From assembly GCA_000320545.1 (NCBI GenBank), contig ADNK01001129.1:1-64000 (forward strand): a stretch of 64,000 nt of DNA, given 5' to 3'. The notes beneath the pieces are model-generated. The model ran no database searches, had not been told where the DNA came from, and saw nothing but the letters and a program-made list of their open reading frames with translations. Made by a program: the position numbers and the translations under genes. Source of the DNA: Bigelowiella natans CCMP2755. Taxonomy: Eukaryota > Protista > Cercozoa. Positions 54,935 through 64,000 of this stretch are shown here, one piece after another (positions within the stretch are counted from its first letter, which is position 1; every line of letters begins with the position of its first letter).

Positions 54935-57900
54935 TCACGAATCTCTTTGACACCCACCAGATGAGAGGAGGGCTAGAGGGGGGAGAGGGGGAGAAGAAGC
55001 GCTAGAAGCGGCTGAAAGAGAGCACTGATGTTGTTATTGTTGCAGTTTTGTTGCTGCTTCCTACTGCTGCTGCTGCTGCTGCCACTGCGATGGGAGTCTC
55101 ATCAGCAAGCAGGAGAGAAACACACACCGTATGTATGACTGCATGCTAATAATGCAGATGCAGCGACTTATGAATTCAGGAGATGCATCTTACACATTAA
55201 AACGATAATATATGAACTAATAATTTGGAAGCCATTATGCAGCAGCCGCAGCGGCAGAAGCAATTGCAAACATTCATCTGGAGCGAAGTAGGAGAGCACT
55301 AATTGGCTGTCGTCATAATCACATAGTTCACTCCACATTCGTCGTATCTCCTAAGGGCACTGAAGAATATCGTAGCGGGCGAGTGAGTGAGTGAGTGAGA
55401 GTCAAGAAAGTCTTCAAAAATTAGTGCAGATTATCAGAGAACACGGATGTAACAAAACACTAAAACGCTGCTAGCACTACTATAAATGATGAAGATTTTG
55501 TTACCAGCTGTAGGTTTTCTGAGCAAAGATGTCTTCTTCAGCTTGTTTCCTCTATTGGCATGCCGTTTCTGGCTTGTACCTATAGCAGTGAGAAGGTACA
55601 AGGCGGAGGAGAATCAAATCACCATCAATAAATAATGTGAAGACCACGAATACTAACAAACTAAAATAAACTGAACGAGAGCAGTTTCTCACCCACCGTA
55701 GTCAGAAGATGAAGAGCCATAAGCTTGAGCAGCAGCAGCAGCAGCAGCGCCATTCATACAACTTCTTGTCTTTTCTCCCTCCCTTCTACCACTAAAATGG
55801 ATATTCTCTCCTCCAGCTACGTTTTCGTCGTTCTCCTGCTCCTTGTCCTCCTTCTCATCGTCGTCATATTCGAGCTGCTGCCGGGGTGCACCTTCGTCTC
55901 TGTTGCTGCTGTCATCGTCCCCACCATCGCTTTTCCCATCATCAGCATCTTCATCGCCGATGGAGCTTGCAGCAGCTGCTGCTCGAAGCTTGGCCGGGGT
56001 TTCCAGCAGACGCTTTTGGGAGGTCGGAGACTGACAAGCAAAGAACTCGATCAGCTTCTCATTCGTATCGCTCGTGGAGAACAACTTGGAATCTTCGCCT
56101 TCTTCTTCCGTCTCTTGCATTACGGCCTCCTTTTTCTCGGGGGTCTGCATGGTGCGCTGGTATACCGCAAACCCTGCACTATACTTCGATGCGAGCTGCG
56201 CAATGGCTTCAAGGCCGGCACGATTTTCATCCGCATGTTCCCGCACATCTACCGTAGCGGCGTCGAGTGCCTTAATGGCGATGGAGGATATAGCGTTGGC
56301 GTGGGCAGAGAGGGCCTTGGACGCATCGGCTATACGAGAGAGAAGCTTCTTGCTCTCTGCCTCCCCAGCCTCGCCAAGTGCCTTGTGGCTCTTAGCTAAC
56401 TCTTCTCCAGTCTTTGAAATTTTGGCAAACACGGACGATAACGCCATGCTGCCTGAACTAATGGAGCTTCCTAGACTCGCCAGAGCCTTCGATCGGGTTT
56501 CCTGGGTGGATGTGAGTGTTCGCGACATCGTCGAGAGGCGTTTGTCTATCACCCCGAGGTGCTCGCTTGAAGCAGAGTGCAGCAGTGTCTCCCTGAGCTT
56601 CGAAAGGGGCCCGCGAATACCAGCTTCGAGCACATCGTCGTGAATGCTGTCCAAAGCGGTTTTCATGGACCCAAGATGTGCGTTGCTGTTGTCCTTCAAC
56701 TTCTGCACGCTGACTGTCGCAGCCTCCTCGGCCTTTTTCGCGAGATTGGCGACCTCCCTCTTTGCACTCTCCCTCGCAGCCGCCGTGGCGCTTTGACAGC
56801 TGGAGCTCGATGCACTGCACGCATCGCTGAGTTTTGTCAGGCTATTTTCCCCGTCGGAAACGAACTTCGCGACCTCCGCCTTTTCCTTCGTTCCAAGGGC
56901 GGAAGAGGCATCAACCACACCAGTCACGAAGAGCTCCTCCGCCTTTTCTTCGTTGACGAAGAGCTCGCCAGACAGCCGCGCGGCCGCCGACATGTGTTTG
57001 GAGTGCATGCTTTGCATGTCATCTCTAAGCGCTGACGCAAGAGCGTTCCTCTCAGACTGAATAGCCTTGAGCTCGTGATCGAGCTTGACTCTCTGTGCAT
57101 TTAACGTCAGAGCTTGCTGGCTCGCGTGTGTCTTCAGCTCCGATCGCACCGCTGCGACGTTTTCCTCGAGAAGCGCTTCGATCTTACTCAAAAGCGCCTT
57201 ATTCTGGGCCTCCACCCGGCTAAGCACTGCTGTGTGCTGCTCATCCTGCTGCTTCTTCAGAGCTGTAGCATTGGCGTCTAGCATGCGGTGGAGATTCCTC
57301 TCCTTCGTGCTAAGGGCTTCGTCCATCCTAACCAGACGTGCTCGGAGCTCCTCTGCGGCGACGTTGGCCTGCTCCATCGCAAGCTTAGACATTTCTTCCT
57401 CTCTCCTGGACTTGAGGGCATTCCGAGAGCTCATGTGTGTCTTTGCATCCGCTTGCATCTTGGCAGCGTGCTCGTCATTGCGAGCATCGATGCCCCTCTT
57501 CAGGGTTGATGAGGACGTGTTTGCTTCGTCCCTGAACGCCGCAAGGGCTCCAGCCACCCGGCGTTGGTTGTCGGAGAGAGCGCAATCGGTGGACTGACTC
57601 AGAGTATTTATGACCCTGCCGACATCGGCTAGGGAGGTCATTAAAGCCCCAGCGACAGAGCCAACATGCCCCTCAACGACCCCCTCTCTCCTCTTGCTTT
57701 CGGAGAATACCCCCGACAGCTTCTCCTGGGCCAGGCGTTGCTGGTCCTCCACCACATGCTCGCTTTTCTGGATATAGGATCGCACACGCTCGTTGCAGGC
57801 ATTGCGAGCCTTCTGGAGTCCGTCCACGGCAGTCGCCATGTCATTCACAAACGCAGAATCCGCCCGATCTAGCTCATCGAGCACGTTCGTGGCTGTTGAC

Positions 57901-60900
57901 TTAAGCTCTCTCGATGACTTCATCCCATCCTCCAACACAGCCTCGATATTGCGAGCATGGGCGTCGGCTTCCTTCGTCGCACGAGCGGAGAGTTGCAGCA
58001 GGTCTTGTAGGCCGCCTTCGTTACCACCAGTTCTCTCCTCCCCCCCCCCTTCGTTCTCCTCTTCCTGCTTTGCCTCCAGGAGGCGTCGCAGACCATCGAT
58101 TTCCTTTGTCAGAGACTCGTCAGACGCCTTTACCGCACGCTCAGCCTCGATACCCTCTCGCTGCCTCTTCGCCGTGAATTCGGAGGCGGATGTGGAGAGC
58201 CTTGAGACGTTTTGCGCCACTCCAGTGGCCATACGTCCAGCAGCAGCCATGTTTTCTCGCTCCAAAGCGAGCAGCCGTTGCTCCTTATCATGTACTTTGT
58301 TCTTGTCAGCATTCAGGCGTCGCAGCATCGAGTCAAGGTTGCGCGCCCCTTCTGCTAGTTCCAGCTCGTGCGTCCGGACGACATTGGTGATGTAGCGATG
58401 CTCATCGAGGCGCGACTCGGCGGCGTGAAGATCGGTCTTGGCCTGGTCAAGAGCTTCCTTGGACAGCTTGAGCTTGTCTACCATCTCTTTGCGTTCGGAA
58501 ACCTTCGCATGCAGCGTCATCTCAAAGTCGGCGATCTTTTCGCGCATCTGCTTCGACTCAGAGACCATATGCCGGTACTTGTCAGGTGGAAGGTGAATGC
58601 CGTTCTTTAGCCGCGAGTATCTGCAGTAGCGTTGGTGTTGGGGATGGGGATGGGGATGGTGGTCCAGTTTAAATGAAGAAATGCATCAATGAGAAAAAAG
58701 GAGAGAAAAGAAGACGAAGGGGAGCTAGGGTTATTACTCAAGTTCTTTCTTGAGCTCCGCGATCTCAGTAGTCAACTCACGGATGTAGACCTAATGAAGA
58801 TGATATCAATGGACGGAATTAGAGATATGTTTCCCAGTTGTCTCTTCCTCAAAGTCGCAACACCTTTTGTGACATGCGTTGGTTCACAATGGGTTTGTTC
58901 TTGATGTTCTTGGCCTTAAATGCGTAATCGAGGGTAGAAATCGTCTCATCGACGCAGAGCTGCGACGGTGATATGGTGGCAATAATGAGAGTCTTTGACT
59001 TGCCGCCCAGAGACTCCTGTAGCAGCCTGATTGTAGTAGCATGTATCATGAGTCCTTCGGTAGGTCATCTAGGGCTACTTTTAAAAAGTTCTTTCTCGTG
59101 TCAGCCACTCCTATTCTGTTAAGTCCTTTTCATGGAGACTACAACTACTGCTACTTTCTATGACTACTGCTGCTGCTGCTGCTACCACTACTGCTATCAC
59201 CGTGTCAGCTTGCTATCGCGATATGGGACATACGAGTGCTGCAATAGTAATCAGTAAACCAGCAGAATATCATGAATAGTTACCACACAATATCAAACAC
59301 ATAGGAATCTTGTCCAACATGCGATATTGCGTACGATAATTTCATCTTTAGCGTACACTCGCATTCTTACTATGGCGATAGACAACGGGAAAGAAGGAAA
59401 TCGGACTGCTAGCAACATCAGTCAAATTTCGAGATTTTAATGCAGCTACGACTAGAGATGCCAGATTGAAACCTGTTCCACAAGGGCATTGATGACCCTG
59501 CCGAGAGTGAGTAGTGACTGATTAATCTTTCCTGCCTCCTTTGCTCTCTTTGACTTCGCGCCCGAGCGCCCTATGCATTCGGAACCAGCGAGGTCCACCA
59601 GATGGAGCTTTCCCGTGCGAATGACGTCCTCGCCGTCTAGGAATCACAGTATTTTTCAGCGGCAGAATAACCCTTCGAAAATGCACTGCTATTTGCTTTC
59701 TGTTGGATGCTAAGGAGCCAGAAATTGGAGACCCCGAAGAGGGAGAATAAAGTAACAAATAGTAAGAGCACCTGGTGAAGCTTCCTTCGTATGAAGTGTG
59801 ATGGTAAACACACAGTGCGAGCGGCTCGATTCCTTGTTCAGTTTCGTTTCTGCGACCTTATAATGGAATCACCCGAAAGTCGTTGCCATCAGCATGGTAG
59901 TCACAGTGATGAGGGCACACTGGGAGAGAAGGGTAGTAGATATGAATAAGGTTGTACCTGACGATTCGCTAGCGCCTTGTGTAACACATCGAGGACCATC
60001 TTTGAATCTTGCACCATCACCTCTTCCAAGTTGTTTACCTTGCGACGGAACAATCACAGGATTATGTTTCCATGTTAATGCGGTGTGTGTGTGTGTGTGT
60101 GTGTGTGTTGGTATATGGATAAGCATGCAATATACTGTTTTGCATTGAAACAGGTACTAATTATACCAGCATTCCTTTCTTCCCGGTGCTGTCCTCGAAA
60201 ATACGAAGAGGCTTCTTTGCATGCACTGCATTGTTTAGGGAAGGAGAGAACGTGAAGGTGATTCAGCGAGTTTTACATAGATAAAGCACTTATAAATTCG
60301 ATCTCGTACCATCTGCGCAGAGGTCGATGAGCTCCTCATTGTAGATTTCAAGAAAAGAAACTTTTACAGTAAATTCCTTGGATTTCACCTGAAGACGCAA
60401 CCACTCACACAACTGTTCACAACAACGTAATATACCATCCTGCTATACAACGACGATGACTACAACCTCGAGCTTCTTGAAAATTTGATCAATAGCACGT
60501 GGAATCATGCCTTTGTGCTCATTGGAAGAAGGATCCCCTTCCATTGTGTATGTTTTCCCTGTTCCAGTTTGCCCGTAGGCAAAAACAGTGCAGTTAAACC
60601 CCTCCAACACTTCTTCGATAATAGGTTCCACAGCCTCGTCGTATACATCCTCCTGGAAGTGATTACGGTTAGAACTCAGATTATATTTTTTAACCGTATA
60701 GAATGCAACAATTCCATCGTTGCGGATGAGTCTAATATAACCTGGGTAGCCCCGGGGGCGAATACAGTATCGAACGTGTAGGTTTTGGTGAGATGTTTGC
60801 CCTGGTGCGTGGTCTTGGCCTTAACATCTTAAAGTAGCAAATATCACCCAAAGAAAAGAACGGATTATTATTTTGCGATAACGCGTGCACCTTTTCTCAG

Positions 60901-61272
60901 ACAGAGAATAGCATCCTGTGCGTTGGAGCGCTTCTCAACGTGAGATCGTGGCCTGTGGAAAAAATTCAAGGAGAGAATATACCATTTTCAGAGAATAGCG
61001 TGGACATTCTCAGACGAATATATGATATATGAACCAGGCGCGAGCAGGTTTGTTCCTCATGTTTTGTGATGTGATGAACAAGGCCCCCTGTCCAACCACC
61101 CTTTTATCCGTAAATTCGAGGAATTGTCTCATCACCTGCATCGGACGACGACTTGAACGTTCACCACTTTGTCTCGCTTTCTTCGTTGCTGGGAATGATT
61201 TCTCTTTCGGTTAGTGTCCAGGGATCGCCGTCTCGGTCCCCCTACCTTGGAGGATAGATCGCTCGACGACAT
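54935..61272 (-). CDS. KIF11: kinesin-5 (BimC/Eg5/KIF11 family) spindle motor
   Basis: [31 protein letters not shown] (P-loop), [62 protein letters not shown] neck, long coiled-coil exon 55690-58620, BimC-box-like TMQTPEKK. The last exons are approximate. Confidence 0.95.
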
Positions 61273-61819
61273 GCCACTGAATTGATGACTTCGATTGGGG
61301 TTTAGCCAGTGGGGACTGCTCTCTCAATTTTTCTGTTGATGTACAACTAGGTTCCAGATATTGCTGCTGAATAATATTTACCATAAAAACAGAGGCATAT
61401 GTTGGTTTACGCCTACGACAACCATACTTAATTAAAGTACGCGTAAATAATAAGAAATCAATAGCCTCAGCTGTACATCTCTTAGTCTGAATTCCGTACG
61501 TTTACGAAAGTAGAAAATGTTCACGAATCCTTTACATTTCGCGAAAAACGGTTGGTATCCGGGAAATTGAAATTGAATAGCTGCGAGCCGTTGCTCTCTG
61601 TTATCCCGAAAAAATAAAGTCTGCCAGCGCAGCCTGACTTCTGACACAACGGCTTTCTTGCGGGAACACGTTTGTAATTCAATAACCTGAATCGTTTTCT
61701 CAGAGTAATATTTACAAACAGTTGTCTTAGAAAGAAGAAGGACTGCATTTGCACTTTTTTAATTGAATCCCGGAGGTTGGCACTGATAGATGCCCCAAAC
61801 CCAAAGGGAGCCATCATCC
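61273..61819. promoter_or_regulatory. bidirectional mitotic-gene promoter with MSA/Myb-like AACGG and E2F-like sites
   Basis: AACGGTTGG 61547, GCCGTTG 61587 (= CAACGGC reversed), CAACGGC 61647, TTTCGCGAAA 61537. Confidence 0.55.
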
Positions 61820-62872
61820 ATGCCGACCAGGACAGAGGCAAAGAGCAATACTATAACCCTCAAGGGATCCGCTCAAATTGTCAGCGAATTCTTTGGTCTG
61901 AGATCTAGGAGGGAAAACATAGCATTCAAATCTTTCAGTTAACTTCGGAAATAAAAAATTAAGATGATGTATTGAAATGTTACTTATCAGGGTACAGTAT
62001 CAACAGCATTCTGTATCAACGTGGAATCTACGATCCAGAGCTCTTTGATGCGACGAAGAAGTACAAGCTTAGAATGATGGTGACAAAGGACAAGGGACTT
62101 TCCGAGTATCTTAAGAACGTCCTGGAGCAACTGACGGGTATTAAGAACCATTATTTTCGGTGAAGGTTATTGAAAATACCCTCTTAACAGCTTGGCTCGA
62201 GAAAGGAATGGTCCAAAAACTGGTTCTAGTGATTGCAAGCGTAGATACTGGAGAAACACTAGAAAGGTGGCACGAATCTAATCCAAAGATAATGAATTCG
62301 AGTGAAATTTCTTTATTGCAAATAGATGGGTCTTTGATGTCGATACAAACAAGAAATGTCTCAAAGACGGGTAGGTTTACTTTTGTTCGTTGATATTCCG
62401 AAATAGAAATCAAACTAATCAATAATTGCTTTACAGATCAACACAGGAAAAGTCTGAGAAAGACATCATGCGTGAGATTCAAGCAATCATACGGCAGATT
62501 ACCTCTTCTGTGACTTTCCTTCCGCTCCTTGAAGAACCATGTAATTTTTTGTATAGTGATTGAGATGCAGGGTTCACAGAGAATTGAATTGAACTATCTA
62601 GGTACCTTTGATCTTCTGATATACGCACCCAATGAGTGCAAGGTGCCGGAGAAATGGGAAGAGTCTGATCCAAAGTACATTGCAAAGTCCAACGAAGTTC
62701 GCCTTCGTTCTTTCACAACAAAGGTATTTCACAATGTATGTATTTGTAGATCATGTTTAACATTTTCTCTATTTAGATCCATAAAGTTGAAGCTTCAGTT
62801 GCATACAAGGCATGCGACGATAGTGACGATGAAGAGGATCAAAAAGAGAAAGAAAATGAACTCAGAAACTAG
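61820..62872 (+). CDS. MAD2: mitotic spindle checkpoint HORMA protein MAD2
   Basis: ITLKGSAQIVSEFFGYSINSILYQRGIY...QKLVLVI...ETLERWVFD...KSEKDIMREIQAIIRQITSSVTFLPLLEEPCTFDLLIY...WEESDPKYIAKSNEVRLRSFTTKIHKVEASVAYK; 7 exons. Confidence 0.97.
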
Positions 62873-63374
62873 ATATCATATAAATATCATATATACCTAA
62901 GCATATGTTGTGGTTTGAACTGCTGAACAGAATTGAGATCTACTTCTTCCAACCAAGTTGTTTTTTGATTTAAAAAACTGTCTCCTACTGCGAAGAAGCA
63001 TTGCTGTAAATAAATGAACAGCAGTGAATACCTCTTTCTTCAGGATGTTCTCAACATATATAGAATTTAATATACGCTGGCAACACTGAGTAAATATTTT
63101 CGCTGTATTTGCATTCGATACTGTTGATACCTTGGATGTACGATGATAATGAGAATGCAAAACGGCCTTCTAGTACACACTACCGCATAATTTCAGAATG
63201 CATCTCATTATGAAGATAGTAAAACTAAATGGACATTATGCACCACACTGAGAACAGCACTGCTATACAATGCGTTGAGACAGAAGCATGCACGCACACT
63301 CACATGCATATATACAATATTTGGATCACAGACACAACGTAATATAAGCACTATGTATATCTCTAGATATGTAC

Positions 63375-63410
<36 letters not shown>

Positions 63411-63439
63411 ATATACATATTTTATAAACTGTATCTATT

Positions 63440-63715
63440 ATCTAGACATGTTCGTTTAGATCTAGAGATGATCGATGCGTCTCGTTCAGCGCATGCGCTC
63501 ATTAGAATATTAAGCTCTCTCTACAATCTACTACACTAGTACACGACAGCTAGCTAGCTAGCTAGCCAGTACACACATCTAGAATTTAGACATGCTAGCA
63601 TGCTAGCATGGCTGTATATACGCATGCATGCTAGCATGGCCGCGCGCAAGGTAGCGGGTCAATCTAGCAAATACTAGAGTAGTATACGTCTATAAGTCCC
63701 TTTATCTAGTACGTG
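63440..63715. repeat. CTAG/CATG palindrome-rich tract
   Basis: GCTAGCTAGCTAGCTAGC, CATGCTAGCATGCTAGCATG, repeated TCTAGA. Confidence 0.75.
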
Positions 63716-63797
63716 CGCGGCTGGGCGGCGGCGTCGTCGTTACTGTCGTCACACGATGTGCGATATGTTGGTACGTATGTCGATGGATCGAAGCGTA

Positions 63798-63920
63798 ACG
63801 TTCTTTAGATACGACTCGGAAAGTAGTCCCTTGTCCTTTGTCACCATCATTCTGAGCTTGTACTTCTTCGTCGCATCAAAAAGCTCTCCAAAGAGCTCTG
63901 GATCGTAGATTCCACGTTGA
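63798..63920 (-). pseudogene. inverted partial duplicate of MAD2 exon 2
   Basis: Reverse complement of 62016-62120 with three small insertions (3, 3 and 12 nt) and two substitutions. Confidence 0.95.
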
Positions 63921-64000
63921 CCGCAAGCTGCAAGGCTAGAAGGACCGAGACTAACAAGCTAACTAGCTAACCTAGTCGAAGGATTCGCATTATTCTACCT

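Noticed and set aside
55725-58610. Long plus-strand ORFs overlapping the kinesin exon
   Set aside because: Antisense shadows of a GC-rich coding exon.
62897-63260. Minus-strand ORF downstream of MAD2
   Set aside because: No identifiable product or convincing complete gene structure.
1-64000. tRNA, rRNA, snRNA genes or an autonomous transposase/RT ORF
   Set aside because: None recognised by eye; tRNAscan-SE, Infernal and a TE-protein HMM search would be needed to exclude them.

Overview
Intron-rich eukaryotic nuclear DNA (about 45% GC, GT-AG introns full of (TA)n/(TG)n/(GA)n/triplet microsatellites). A signal peptide + transit peptide + twin-Arg leader on a DUF6816 gene suggests an alga with a secondary plastid (chlorarachniophyte-like; inference). 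I reconstructed about 15 spliced genes by hand, mostly in head-to-head pairs: a Cys-rich extracellular-type protein (3' part), WDR93-like, an LRR protein, DUF6816, an RS-rich protein, an RCC1-repeat protein, a tRNA-binding (EMAP II/Arc1p-type) protein, a hypothetical protein, a histidine phosphatase, an ASH2-like SPRY protein, a second hypothetical, a Nudix hydrolase, HAAO, kinesin-5 and MAD2. The main unexplained signal lies in the spacers downstream of gene 3' ends. They hold an ~80-bp-TIR miniature DNA-transposon family, gene relics that have lost most TpA (apparently to TpG/CpA, CpG retained, CTA/TAG contexts spared), CTAG/CATG-rich tracts, and an inverted copy of a MAD2 exon. Together these suggest a RIP-like but A:T->G:C hypermutation process acting on repeats and duplicates. 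Exon boundaries and counts were read by eye and are approximate.
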